The notes below the pieces were generated by a model that saw only the letters and a program-made list of their open reading frames with translations, was not told the DNA's origin and searched no databases. Below, piece after piece: positions 38,342-48,706 of a DNA stretch of 64,000 nucleotides. The translations under genes were made by a program, and so were the position numbers. This stretch comes from Abditibacterium sp. GTDB lineage: Bacteria > Armatimonadota > Abditibacteriia > Abditibacteriales > Abditibacteriaceae. The DNA lies in the NCBI GenBank assembly GCA_965199495.1, contig CBDASK010000003.1, forward strand, positions 384,001 through 448,000. Reading direction: 5' to 3'. The number at the start of each line of letters is the position of its first letter. Position 1 is the first letter of the stretch.

Positions 38342-40987
38342 ATGCCCGTCTCCCAGGTCCACCGCTTCCTGTATGGCATCACGCCAATGACCGTTGAAAA
38401 ACGGCTGTGGATTCTTGGCGACACTCAAACCCACGACCTCTTTTTCCACAACCTCTTTCACGGTTGCGTCAGTCTTCGCCGCACTCTGGAGTTGTGGGCG
38501 CTGGAACACGGAACCGAATTGACCGCGTTTTTGGATGCTTCTGGTGAGATAGATTTCGATGGCAACGCCGATCCAGAAGCGGCCAAGCAGCTCTTTGATC
38601 AGCTCCTTCCGAATCGCACACCTCCTGAAGGATTTACACGACGCGCGCGACGCCAACCCCCCACCACAGAGGAAGCGTCGTCCGAGTCAACCGAAGCACG
38701 GGCGCAACAGGCGGCCAACCAAACCGACGATGCTCTGGGTGGCCAAGGCGCAGGACTTCGCAACACGTTTCAACATCTCGCCCACGCATTGGGCAACCGT
38801 GAGCATCCATTTCTGCTGATCGTAGAAGATTTTCACGAATTCATCGTCAACCGACTCGAACTCAATCCAGCGCGAGTCGAAATCGCTCAAGAACTCAAAT
38901 TTACCGTCCGCAAGAAATGGCAAGAGGCCGTCACACCATCGCCCAATTTGGTGGTTTTTCTCACCGATACGCCGCACGGTTTCAGATTTTTGTCCAATGA
39001 AGCTCTACCCTATCCAACGGTCGAGCAAAGGGAGATCAAAGAACCGACGATGCCAGAAGTCGAAGCCTCGATAGAGCGGCTGGCACTGCGACATCAGTTT
39101 GGGTTGAACGGGCAAAAAGCTATCGCCAAAACTTTATTTCGGCACAAACATTTGGAAGTTTCTCTGGCTTCCATTCGACGCGTTGTCAACGAAGGAAACA
39201 TGGAGGTTACTGTGGAAAACGTCTTGAGATTGCCGCCTATTAACGAACAAGCCGTCAGCGAAATCAAAGCCGAACTTGATCGTTTGGTCGGGTTGGATGA
39301 TTTAAAAGACAAAGTGCGACGCTTGGAAACCAAGGCGCGCCAGTTCCGGCAACGGCTGGAAGATGGCGAGTCCGATCTGCCCGAAGAAACTCTACACCTG
39401 GTATTCACCGGCAAACCGGGCACGGGCAAGACGACCGTCGCCGACATCGTGGCCCGGCTGTTTCACGCTTTGGGTTTGCTACGACTGGAAACCGTTCGTC
39501 CCGTTACCGCTTCGACGCTGATGAGTTCTAACGTGGGCGGAACACGGGAAAATATGCAGCGCGAGCTGACCGAATCGCTAGGCGGTGTGCTCTTCTTGGA
39601 CGAAGCTCACCAATTTGGCGACGCTCAAAACATCGCGGCTAAAGAAGCCGTGCAGGCTATCGTGCCGATGGCGTGGAATCACCGGCACGAGTTCGTGATC
39701 ATTCTGGCCGGATACGAAAACGAAATGCACGAGTTCTACAAGATGGATGACGGTCTGGATCGCCGCTTTCCAACCTTTAATCGTGTGCATTTCCCCGACT
39801 ACACGCCGAGCGAATTATGGATAATCTTGGAGCGTAAACTCGCCAAAAGTGGTTATTCTATCGCACCCGAAGTGCAGCCACGCCTTCGTTCTATTTTGAG
39901 TCAAAGGTCACAGCGCCAGGGTTTTGGTAACGCAGGTGGCGTGGACAACTTGGTCGCTGAACTACTGGAAACTCACGCGGTTTCCTCCGATCCAAGCTCG
40001 CGTGTTTTAACCGATGAAGCGTTGCCGCTTCTGGTGCGCCGTAACGCGAGCGTCTTCGATGCTGCGCAAGCCAAGTTGGACGACATGGTGGGACTAACTC
40101 CAGTGCGTGAGAAAATCCGTAGTCTCATTGATCGCATTGAATATCAACTGCAAGAAGTCGAGGAAGGCCGAGAATCCAACCTCAAACTTCATCCCGGCAA
40201 TATGCTCTTCGTTGGGCCGCCCGGCACCGGAAAGTCAACAATTGGGGCATTAATCGCCGATCTGCTTTTCGGCTTGGGAGCTATCGAGCGACGCATCTGT
40301 CATGTTGTCTCGCGCGGCGATTTGGTCGGTCAGTTCCAGGGACACTCCGCAGCGCAGGTGCGTTTGGCAGTGGAGAAAGCGCGCGACGGCGTGCTGTTTA
40401 TAGACGAGGCTTACGGACTTTCTCTCGATCCAAGGGATACATTTGGCAATGAGGCCGTGACCGAACTCGTCCGCCAGATCACAGACGGCCAAAATAGCGG
40501 CACGACTTTCATTTTGGCGGGCTACGAAGACGCGGTGACGGAGTTCCTCAACACTAATGCGGGGTTGGGGCGTCGTTTCGGCGAAACGATTCGCTTCCCC
40601 AACTTCTCGCCCGCCGATTGCGCTGAATTGGTGCGCCGACGGTTGGAAGAAGAGAATTACAGTTGGGAGGACGGCGTTCTGCAAGCCGTCGAGCGCATGG
40701 CTGATGTCACTGCCCGCGTCACGGGAGACAATTTCGGCAATGCGGGCTGGGTCGGAACCATTGTCACTCAGGCGCTTGATCGGATGATGTCACGCGTTAT
40801 TCAAAGTTCGATGCCGCGTAGTGACGCCAATCGTCGTCGGCTTCTAATCCAAGATTTGTTGAGCGATGGTTACGAGGAAGAGATACTAACCGCCGAAGCT
40901 CCAATTGACACAGAAGAAAACGGGGCTGAATCTGAGGAAGACTGTTCTCCAGAGGAGGTGGAAACCGATGACACCTCTGGGGCTTGA
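38342..40987 (+). CDS. SpoVK/CbbX/EccA-like ATPase with two AAA+ domains and a degenerate N-terminal domain
   Basis: GKPGTGKT/VLFLDEAH/ILAGY/GLDRRF/FGNA and GPPGTGKS/VLFIDEAY/GLGRRF/FGNA; acidic tail. Confidence 0.9.
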   Translation: MPVSQVHRFLYGITPMTVEKRLWILGDTQTHDLFFHNLFHGCVSLRRTLELWALEHGTELTAFLDASGEIDFDGNADPEAAKQLFDQLLPNRTPPEGFTRRARRQPPTTEEASSESTEARAQQAANQTDDALGGQGAGLRNTFQHLAHALGNREHPFLLIVEDFHEFIVNRLELNPARVEIAQELKFTVRKKWQEAVTPSPNLVVFLTDTPHGFRFLSNEALPYPTVEQREIKEPTMPEVEASIERLALRHQFGLNGQKAIAKTLFRHKHLEVSLASIRRVVNEGNMEVTVENVLRLPPINEQAVSEIKAELDRLVGLDDLKDKVRRLETKARQFRQRLEDGESDLPEETLHLVFTGKPGTGKTTVADIVARLFHALGLLRLETVRPVTASTLMSSNVGGTRENMQRELTESLGGVLFLDEAHQFGDAQNIAAKEAVQAIVPMAWNHRHEFVIILAGYENEMHEFYKMDDGLDRRFPTFNRVHFPDYTPSELWIILERKLAKSGYSIAPEVQPRLRSILSQRSQRQGFGNAGGVDNLVAELLETHAVSSDPSSRVLTDEALPLLVRRNASVFDAAQAKLDDMVGLTPVREKIRSLIDRIEYQLQEVEEGRESNLKLHPGNMLFVGPPGTGKSTIGALIADLLFGLGAIERRICHVVSRGDLVGQFQGHSAAQVRLAVEKARDGVLFIDEAYGLSLDPRDTFGNEAVTELVRQITDGQNSGTTFILAGYEDAVTEFLNTNAGLGRRFGETIRFPNFSPADCAELVRRRLEEENYSWEDGVLQAVERMADVTARVTGDNFGNAGWVGTIVTQALDRMMSRVIQSSMPRSDANRRRLLIQDLLSDGYEEEILTAEAPIDTEENGAESEEDCSPEEVETDDTSGA

Positions 40988-42362
40988 ATATCAAAACTCG
41001 CGCTGGCGAGCGAGCGGAATCGGCAACGAAGATTTCCCAGAAATACTTGCCGAAGGCGAGAGCGTGGAGTCCCTGCGCACGCTTTTGCCCGACCAGAATT
41101 GGGACGCCATTACTCTGGCGCTACCATACGGACTTTTGCGGCAAGAACCTCAACAAGTTGTAGAATTACGCCAGGAGTTAGAAAGCACCTTTCCTAACGC
41201 TGAAATCCGCGTAATTCCGCGTGCCGTCGCCGCTTCTGTTGCCGCGCTCTGGCCGAGGCGCACACCGGATCAAACCAAATTGCCCCTATTCGAGGGGCAA
41301 CATATCCTGGTTTGTTCTTTTGGCAACGAAAGCAGCGATTTCTTTATCATTCAGCGTGGGTCGGAAGAGTTGCCTTTGGTAGTAGTCAAGCAGCACACCA
41401 TTGCTTTTTCGAGCGAAGCTGTTGATGCCGCCTTAGTTGATGCTCTGCGGAATGCAAATCAACCAGTTGACAAAATTGCGCCTGAAATCATCGCTGGGTT
41501 ACGGCGCACTATCAGCCGAAATCTGAGTCGCGCCGTCGCAGGCCGCAAGGTAATTCCTGCGAGGGCGAAGTGGGCCGACGGACACGGTGTTGAAGTTCAA
41601 ACTGCATTGTCTGCCGAGCTTTACTTGGAAACTCTTGAAGTATTGCTTTCTGAAGCGCGCGAGAACCTGATTTCATTTTTGCAAGAACAGCAGTTAGATT
41701 TGCAATCTATCGCGCTATGCGGCGACGGGGCAGATATTCACGGAGTTCAGCAAAACATTGTAACTGCGGCTTTAACCCAAGTTTACGGCGCCGGAAGTTC
41801 CCTGCTCCAGCACCAAATTTCCGTCTTCTCGCCCCATGAGTTGGTAGCAACTGGCGCTGCTCTTTTGGCAGAAGGTAAAATATCATTTCAACAGAAATTA
41901 CCGTATAATGTTGGCGTCAGAATGCAAGTTGAGCCAAATAGTGCGTTGGCGGAATTGTTAAAACTACCAAAGGATTCGGCGGATTTTTGGCTCTATCCTT
42001 TGCTGTCACAGGGAACGGCATTGCCAGCACATTTTTGCAGTGAAGATTTAGAGATGTTCAATGTGTTGGAGGAAGGAGAAACTCTCGATTGGGAGTTGTA
42101 TTTAGCCGATGAGAGGACTCAGCATCAAAAATCTCAATCTTTGTGCTTCGACACACGAGCATCTACTGTTGTAAATTGGGAAATACTGGCGGACGCTCAA
42201 GGAACATTACATTCAAGATTTAGCGATGAAAACTCGCGGCAACTTGGCCATCAAGAAATTGAGTGGTTCGCCTCCAATTTGCCAAGTGCCGAAACGGGCA
42301 CTTTACCAACTATTTCCCCTGCTCAACTGAAGTATCAGCTTGATGCACAACAGAATGTTTGA
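40968..42362 (+). CDS. Degenerate Hsp70/actin-fold protein
   Basis: RBS aggagg; colinear Hsp70-like motifs LGLEY, IPRAVAAS, ILVCSFG, VDAALVD, IALCGDGA, PHELVATGAALLA, LLSQGTALP. Confidence 0.65.
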   Translation: MTPLGLEYQNSRWRASGIGNEDFPEILAEGESVESLRTLLPDQNWDAITLALPYGLLRQEPQQVVELRQELESTFPNAEIRVIPRAVAASVAALWPRRTPDQTKLPLFEGQHILVCSFGNESSDFFIIQRGSEELPLVVVKQHTIAFSSEAVDAALVDALRNANQPVDKIAPEIIAGLRRTISRNLSRAVAGRKVIPARAKWADGHGVEVQTALSAELYLETLEVLLSEARENLISFLQEQQLDLQSIALCGDGADIHGVQQNIVTAALTQVYGAGSSLLQHQISVFSPHELVATGAALLAEGKISFQQKLPYNVGVRMQVEPNSALAELLKLPKDSADFWLYPLLSQGTALPAHFCSEDLEMFNVLEEGETLDWELYLADERTQHQKSQSLCFDTRASTVVNWEILADAQGTLHSRFSDENSRQLGHQEIEWFASNLPSAETGTLPTISPAQLKYQLDAQQNV

Positions 42363-42386
42363 TCGGGCTTCAAATTTGGAATCGCT

Positions 42387-43451
42387 ATGCAAACCATCTC
42401 TCCTCAAAGTTCTGCCCCCTTGACCAATTTGCTCGGCGCCTTGCGGCGTCGGCGCAACTCTATCGCTTGGTCGGAATGGTTGCCGATTATCACCTTAGAT
42501 GCCGCAACGCCCGGCACATGGTTTCATTCGTTTAACGCGTTACCTGTCGATGAGCAGTGTGACGTGCTGGACTTACTGCTACGCCCAGATGCGGGGCCAC
42601 TATCAAACGTGCTTCTGATTGGTCTGGCCGCTCAAGCCGATCAGATCGAGGATGAGCAGGTGCGGCAAACCATTCTGCATGAAGTCGCTTCGGCGTGGGA
42701 AGCCAGCCTCGACGCCGTTAAGCATCAACTAAAATCGCTGAAGTCCAATGTTAGTAACTTTCAGAAAAGAGAGAGCGAGGCGTTTGATCTCGCGGCGAAC
42801 ATCCTGGAATCGGAGGGCGAATTAGCCGAACTGAGAGCCAACGAGTTCGAGATGGAAGAAGCATTCAGTCGGCTTCACGCTCTGGAAAGTAATTGTCAAG
42901 ATTTAGAGCGCCGCAAGAGAACTCTCGCACTTTATGATTTCAAGAAATCTGAAGAACGAGTTCAAACGCTGCAAAGCGAGTTGGAACAGGGCGAAGTTGA
43001 ACGTGCCGAGCTTGAAAGCGCAATCCAATCCTTAGACACTGACCTGAAGCGGTTGCGCGCCGATGTGGATAGCGCCAAAGTGCGGCAAACCGTTTTGCAA
43101 CCGGAAGTCGCCGGATTGGAAGCGGAACAGAACGAGTTGCGGAGTTCTGTTGCCGACGCACAAGCCTTAATTACGCAATTGCGCGATAGCAATGCAACGG
43201 CTCGCGCGCGCAAGAAAGAGTTAGAAGCAGAACAGCAAACACTCCAAACCCAGGCTGATAACATCGCGGCGGAAACAAGCGAGTGGACGACCAAATGCAA
43301 TCGTGAGCGCGAACGGCTCGAACAGTTACAGCGCGATGCCGAGAGCGCCCAGCGCACCGACATCAGTGACAAAATTAGCGAAGTCTTTCAACTTTTGCCC
43401 GCCGACCGAGCGGACGAAGGTTTTCATGCGACAGCAGGTAGCCGCAGCTAA
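42387..43451 (+). CDS. Coiled-coil protein
   Basis: Long heptad E/Q/L-rich region after a small N-terminal domain. Confidence 0.75.
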   Translation: MQTISPQSSAPLTNLLGALRRRRNSIAWSEWLPIITLDAATPGTWFHSFNALPVDEQCDVLDLLLRPDAGPLSNVLLIGLAAQADQIEDEQVRQTILHEVASAWEASLDAVKHQLKSLKSNVSNFQKRESEAFDLAANILESEGELAELRANEFEMEEAFSRLHALESNCQDLERRKRTLALYDFKKSEERVQTLQSELEQGEVERAELESAIQSLDTDLKRLRADVDSAKVRQTVLQPEVAGLEAEQNELRSSVADAQALITQLRDSNATARARKKELEAEQQTLQTQADNIAAETSEWTTKCNRERERLEQLQRDAESAQRTDISDKISEVFQLLPADRADEGFHATAGSRS

Positions 43452-43511
43452 ATTGCTGCGCGTTGTCTGCATCAACCTACTTTTTGCCAGTCATTTCAAG
43501 GAGAAAATACT

Positions 43512-45020
43512 ATGAGCGGCCCCAAAAGAGCGGATGTCGAAGCCCAATTGAAAGCAGCACAAAACGGCAAGCGCAAATGCGCCACGCTAATCGCCGATTC
43601 CGAGGTGCGCGCCCTGCTGCACCAGTTAAGAACAGCCGACAAGCTGGAAAACGAAGCGGCTCGCGTGTCCCACGAAGCGTCGCAGGCTCTCGACGGCCTG
43701 ACGCCCGAACTGCGTAATGCGGCGGGCGAAATTTTGTCCGATGTGACTTTTTTGGTGAACGAAGCGGCCAACCAAGCCCGTAATGCCAAAGTTCAAGGCG
43801 AGGAGGTTCGCGGTCTGCTCGACAGCGCACAAAATCAAGCGCGTAGCGCCGAAGCCACGCACAACAGAGCGACCCAAGCCCTCGATAGCGCCCAAGCCGC
43901 GCTGAGTGCCAAAGGCGGTCATTACCTGAGCGCCGAAATGCAGCAAGCCAGAGGCGCGACTCAACTCTTCAATCAGGCCGAGCAGGAGTTGGGTGAAGCC
44001 GCGCGGATTCGGCAGCAAGCCGCAGGACGCGCCAGCGACGCAATTCGCCGCGCGGAAGAGGCTAAAGCGACGGCTCGAAGCGCGGTGCAACGGGCGCAAA
44101 CCTTGCGGGCCGAAGCGCAAAAGCGCGTGAAAGCTGAGGAAGAAGCGCGCCGCATCGCCGAAGAGAAACAGCGACAAGCAACTCTGGCACTGAATAGTGC
44201 TCGAAGCGCGCTGGATTCGTTGCGTGATTCGTCGCACCAAAAGTTCCGCCCTGGCGCCTTAGCCGAGATGGAAAATTTGGTCAACACTGCCCAAAGCAAA
44301 CTGAACAGTGAGCAGTGGGACGAGTGCGTTCGCCAAGCCGAAGGGATCGAAAAACGTGGGCAACGGTTGATTCAAGAGATCGCCGAAGCGCAACGTGAAT
44401 ACGAGCGCAAACGGGCCGAATCGGAATCCCACATCCAAACTCTTTTGTCCGCGATTGACGGCGCCGACGGCGTGCGCATTAAGCAGTGGGCCGACGCGCC
44501 AAACGCTTACGCCGAAGCAGAAAAGGCGGCTCAATCCGCGCGCGAGGCGTTGAAGAGTGAAGCGTGGAGCGAAGCCAACTTCCTTTCGCAAAACGCACAG
44601 TCAAAATTGACACAGGCCATCGAAAGCGCGGCGCGCAACCAAAGTCAAGACGAAGTTCGCACCGAAATTGGCGAGGCTGTAATGGATGTTTTGGAAGACT
44701 TGGGCTTCGAGGTCTCTTCTAAAAACGGCTCTCGCAGCGAACCACTCCGCATTAAAGGCCAGACGCCTGATGCAAAGGGACGCGGTGATTTCGACGTTTC
44801 CATTCCCCTGTCAGGCGAAGTGGATTTCCACGTCGAAACGCCCGATGGCAGCACAAGCTGCGTCGCCGCCGTGCGCGAGTTACAAGACCGTTTGAAAGCG
44901 CGCGGCGTGAACTGGGAAACGACTGATTGGGGCCATGCTCAAGGCGCTGAGAATGCTGGGGGCAAAGTCAAAAGAACAGTCACTCAGACAGAACAAACCA
45001 AAATCAAGCAAACCCGTTAA
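43512..45020 (+). CDS. Long Ala/Gln coiled-coil protein with C-terminal alpha/beta domain
   Basis: RBS aaggag; MSGPK start; C-terminal VLEDLGFEV...SCVAAVRELQDRLKARGV. Confidence 0.75.
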   Translation: MSGPKRADVEAQLKAAQNGKRKCATLIADSEVRALLHQLRTADKLENEAARVSHEASQALDGLTPELRNAAGEILSDVTFLVNEAANQARNAKVQGEEVRGLLDSAQNQARSAEATHNRATQALDSAQAALSAKGGHYLSAEMQQARGATQLFNQAEQELGEAARIRQQAAGRASDAIRRAEEAKATARSAVQRAQTLRAEAQKRVKAEEEARRIAEEKQRQATLALNSARSALDSLRDSSHQKFRPGALAEMENLVNTAQSKLNSEQWDECVRQAEGIEKRGQRLIQEIAEAQREYERKRAESESHIQTLLSAIDGADGVRIKQWADAPNAYAEAEKAAQSAREALKSEAWSEANFLSQNAQSKLTQAIESAARNQSQDEVRTEIGEAVMDVLEDLGFEVSSKNGSRSEPLRIKGQTPDAKGRGDFDVSIPLSGEVDFHVETPDGSTSCVAAVRELQDRLKARGVNWETTDWGHAQGAENAGGKVKRTVTQTEQTKIKQTR

Positions 45021-45047
45021 AGCTCAACGGATCAACTTTCCACGATT

Positions 45048-46307
45048 ATGCCCTCGCTCACCCTTGCGCTTTCGCATCCGCAATCCGTCGCCCGCTTTGA
45101 AGCGGCGGCGGAAGAGTTGCTGTGCGCGCAAGGGTTTTGGGACGAGACAATCGAAGCCAAACTCCGGCAAGAAGCGCAGGGTTTGCACGCGCTCGATGTC
45201 GAGCCGGTGACGAGAAAGGTGCGCGGTTTGGATTCGGTTCAGGAAGCGTTTGCAGAAGAGGCGCGCAAAAGGCCGCACGAGAAATGGTTTGAGTTAGTTT
45301 CAACCTCACCCTTTAAGTTGGCGATCATCGTTGATAATTCGGATAGCTCTTGGCCTTATGCCGAATCCATCGCCGAATACGCGCGCGAGTTGGAAGCAGC
45401 CGCGCAAGCGATGGGCGCCGTTCAGTTTTGGGCGTGGGATCAACCGACGGCAAGTTGCGCTTCGGCGATAAACGCCAGCCGAGGCAACGCCAGTTTGTTC
45501 GCGCCGGTGTGGAACAAGTTGAAGCCCGAATTGGAGACGGGCACGGTTACACACGCGATAGTGTTGGGCGCGGGACAACTGTTTGACATCGAGGATTACG
45601 CGGAAGAAGAGGCTATAAAAGACGTTAAGTTCGTTCCTTTGGCCCAAACGCTAACCGATGACATTATCCCTGAATATAGGCTTGATCCGGCCCAACTGCT
45701 CGCACAGATGACAGCAGCCAACAGCACTTGCTCCATCGGTAGCGAGGGCGCGATTCCAGTCTGGTGGGATGATCCGGCGTGGGTTTGGAATGGGAAGAGA
45801 TTGGAGTTCAAACAGGAGAATTCTAACGCGCGCTTTGGTTTGCGCTCGGCGTGGCTGTGCGCGGATGGTCAAACGCCTAATGTCAAGTCGGATGTGGATG
45901 CCGCTACTCTGCAAGTTCATTCGGCTGCCGTTCCATTCTCGAATCAACATCGCTGGCAAAACACGCATTACCAGACCGATTCGCTACCCGATTCCGTGAC
46001 CGATTTTCGCCTTTCGAGCGGCCATGAAGCGGACGCCCAAGACATCTCGCCTCTGGAGTTGGCGCCAGAACAAAAAGGTTGGCTGTGGCTCTCATTCAGT
46101 GAGAATCCGGCGTCAAAAGGGCGTTATGACGTGCAGTTTTGCGTTCATCCGACGGGTGCTGTCGTGCTTCAGGAAAGCGTTGAGGTGGCGTTGTCGCAAA
46201 GCGACGGCATTCACGTTTACCGATTCCGCAATGATCGCTGGGAAAGCCGTCTACTTTCGCAATCCCATCTCAAAATTAAGGAGAATATTTATGCGTTTGC
46301 TTTGTGA
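45048..46307 (+). CDS. vWA-like domain protein
   Basis: LAIIVDNSDS (MIDAS DxSxS-like), SLFAPV, IVLGAGQLFD. Confidence 0.55.
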   Translation: MPSLTLALSHPQSVARFEAAAEELLCAQGFWDETIEAKLRQEAQGLHALDVEPVTRKVRGLDSVQEAFAEEARKRPHEKWFELVSTSPFKLAIIVDNSDSSWPYAESIAEYARELEAAAQAMGAVQFWAWDQPTASCASAINASRGNASLFAPVWNKLKPELETGTVTHAIVLGAGQLFDIEDYAEEEAIKDVKFVPLAQTLTDDIIPEYRLDPAQLLAQMTAANSTCSIGSEGAIPVWWDDPAWVWNGKRLEFKQENSNARFGLRSAWLCADGQTPNVKSDVDAATLQVHSAAVPFSNQHRWQNTHYQTDSLPDSVTDFRLSSGHEADAQDISPLELAPEQKGWLWLSFSENPASKGRYDVQFCVHPTGAVVLQESVEVALSQSDGIHVYRFRNDRWESRLLSQSHLKIKENIYAFAL

Positions 46308-46947
46308 CGACGGTTTCCCGATGCTGGAGTTGCCCAGCTACGGCTTTGTCGTGGGAGCTTTGCCGTTTACCAAAGCGCAATATGAAAAGCTGTGGGCGCT
46401 CGTTGGTTGCCCGCGCAATTTGCCGCAGGAAGAAACACCGTTTAGTGACAATTGCTACGATGGATGTCTCGCGCTCAATCCTCGTCCCGCGAAGCAGTCG
46501 AAGATTATAAAGCCGCTCAACTTTTGGCTAACCGGCCTCTCGCCACAGCACACGGAGAGATTGCTTTCTCATCTGCCCAATGCCCGTTTGCCGGAGTCAC
46601 AAATTTGGTTGAACGTCGAAAAGTATCTGAGCCAAAAACCGTTTACCGACGAGGACAAATTGCAGTGGGAACAGTTGGAGTTGAGCGAAGCCGCGCGCCA
46701 TGCCGTTCGAGTTTTGTGGGGACAGAAGAAGCCACATAACTGGGCACAAGCCACTGCACTTCAAGATGGCATTTTGGAATGGGTCAAGTGGCAACAGGAC
46801 TCATGGGACAGAAATGCCTCTGACGTGGGAGCTTTAGGCAGCCCGCAGGGGACTTCTTTTGTGCCGCAGCTTGACGGGCCGCGTCGCCATAGCGCAACGG
46901 ACCAACCGGATGGGTGGAACGGATTTAGAGTTTGGAAAACTTTGTAA
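46291..46947 (+). CDS. FGE-sulfatase (SUMF1)-like fold protein, divergent
   Basis: RBS aaggag; LPFTKAQYE, ARLPESQIW, GILEWV, terminal GFRV in FGE-like order. Confidence 0.6.
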   Translation: MRLLCDDGFPMLELPSYGFVVGALPFTKAQYEKLWALVGCPRNLPQEETPFSDNCYDGCLALNPRPAKQSKIIKPLNFWLTGLSPQHTERLLSHLPNARLPESQIWLNVEKYLSQKPFTDEDKLQWEQLELSEAARHAVRVLWGQKKPHNWAQATALQDGILEWVKWQQDSWDRNASDVGALGSPQGTSFVPQLDGPRRHSATDQPDGWNGFRVWKTL

Positions 46948-46951
46948 CGCC

Positions 46952-48646
46952 ATGAGCCATGCCAACACTATCAGTGCGCGCCAACTGATCTACACCAACG
47001 TCGAAGCCGACCAATCGCCCAGTAAGCGAGCCGGCTTTCAGATTCTGCTCGCCAGCAAAGGCATCAGTGAGGCTGACAAAGCGGAGGTTTCGCAAAGACT
47101 GGTCTATAGTTCTCCATCTAAAGAGAACGCGCCCACAAAAAACGTTTTCTATCCGACGCAGAGCGGCGATTTGCTGTTGGCGCAAATTGTTTTGCTGCCT
47201 GAACCTGACGGCGCCAACAGGTTCGGTCGCTATCTCGCGCACGCGCTGATATTTTCGCCCGCAGAATTTGAAGAGTTGAACAACGATCCATTTCCGATTT
47301 TCGAGAATTTCAGTTTCCTCGTGACAGTCCAAGCCGCTTTGGAGCGTGGCGACCGAGTAACAGGCGAAATCGCCGCAGAAGGCAGAAGCTCCGCAGAATG
47401 GGACAGAACGGGTTTGGATTCCACCCTTTCGAGAACGCGAATTTTGGACGAAGTAGATTCGCAGAACCGCCGACAACTGCTGTTGCTCGCCACGCAACTC
47501 GCCAGTAACGAGAACGAACGCAACTCGTTGGCGCTGTTTGGCGAGCCGACGACGGCTTACCGATATCTTTCGGCTTTGATAGCCATCACGCCCAAATCTC
47601 TGCGGCCTCGGTGTAGCTTCGACACGTTCGCTGGCGGCGGCAACTTGAACTCGGCGCATTACTGGGCGGTCGGACTACCCGCCGAAGCGCAACGAACGTC
47701 GCGTTTGTTCGCTTTCAACCTCGCACAAGAAGAATTTGACCAGGAGATTTTTCGCTCGCCTGAAACGACTTACCAAAAATGGTTGGACGAACAGAGCCAC
47801 CGCAAGGCATCGGAGATCGCCGAAGAGTCGGGTGTCGTGGCGCAGTTTATGGAGTGGTTGGAAAACCCAGAGACACGTTTAGTTCCACCACAAAATCGAG
47901 CAGAAAGTTTGGTGTTAACAACATTGACAAATCTCAACATGAACGCAATTGAGAAACGATTGCAGGATCGGTTGACGCAGCAAACCGGCGAGTATCTGGC
48001 GCCGGTGCTGGCGCCTCAAATCATTTCACCTCTGCTGCTTCAGCACTCCATTGGCAGCGCAATTACGATTTGTCAAAGAGGTTTTACCCTCGATCAGTTG
48101 GAGGATTCTACTCGGACGCTGTGCGTTAATTCAAAAATTGGTTTAACCCCTGATGTTTTAAGCGACATCGAAAGGTTTGCCAATGCCAACAACCTCAATC
48201 AACTCAAATTGGCAGTTTTGCGTTTAGCTCAACAGTGGGAACAGCTCACTAATGCACTGCACAAAGCCTCGGAGAGCGACTACCAATTTTTTGCGAACTG
48301 GGCTTTGGAGTCTCTACCGATACGTTTGCAGTGGAATATTGAACACAAAGGTAGTAGCCTCTCGTTTGGGCCGGAACTTAAGCTCGTAGGCGCGCAGAAA
48401 TCGGACCTTGAAGCAGATTTTTGTCCCTTGCTCTACGCACTTTTGGGTAAAACTTGGCCGGAGCAAACAAGTTGGTTCAATCCGGTCAGAAGACACCGCG
48501 AAGACGTTCCCGCGCACCCAAACATCAGGCGCTGGTTTTGGTTGATGGATGAACTCGAAAAAAGACACGACCAACGCACCCAACACAATCGTTCTTCAGC
48601 GCCAATTTCCACTCGCAAAATGAACCCAAATCCGTTTAAACGCTGA
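46952..48646 (+). CDS. GAP1-N2 (GTPase-associated protein 1)-like protein
   Basis: QLIYT....SP..RAGFQ ... DGANRFGRYLAHAL; R..CSFDTF; directly upstream of a GTPase. Confidence 0.7.
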   Translation: MSHANTISARQLIYTNVEADQSPSKRAGFQILLASKGISEADKAEVSQRLVYSSPSKENAPTKNVFYPTQSGDLLLAQIVLLPEPDGANRFGRYLAHALIFSPAEFEELNNDPFPIFENFSFLVTVQAALERGDRVTGEIAAEGRSSAEWDRTGLDSTLSRTRILDEVDSQNRRQLLLLATQLASNENERNSLALFGEPTTAYRYLSALIAITPKSLRPRCSFDTFAGGGNLNSAHYWAVGLPAEAQRTSRLFAFNLAQEEFDQEIFRSPETTYQKWLDEQSHRKASEIAEESGVVAQFMEWLENPETRLVPPQNRAESLVLTTLTNLNMNAIEKRLQDRLTQQTGEYLAPVLAPQIISPLLLQHSIGSAITICQRGFTLDQLEDSTRTLCVNSKIGLTPDVLSDIERFANANNLNQLKLAVLRLAQQWEQLTNALHKASESDYQFFANWALESLPIRLQWNIEHKGSSLSFGPELKLVGAQKSDLEADFCPLLYALLGKTWPEQTSWFNPVRRHREDVPAHPNIRRWFWLMDELEKRHDQRTQHNRSSAPISTRKMNPNPFKR

Positions 48647-48706
48647 ATCAACAACCTCTTTTTTCTACCCGTTAAGCTCTCGAAAATTCGCTATTCCTAA
48701 TCCGCC

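Noticed and set aside
38342..45020. Type VII secretion locus (EccA-like ATPase plus helical substrates)
   Set aside because: No FtsK/EccC, WXG100 motif or Ecc membrane components seen
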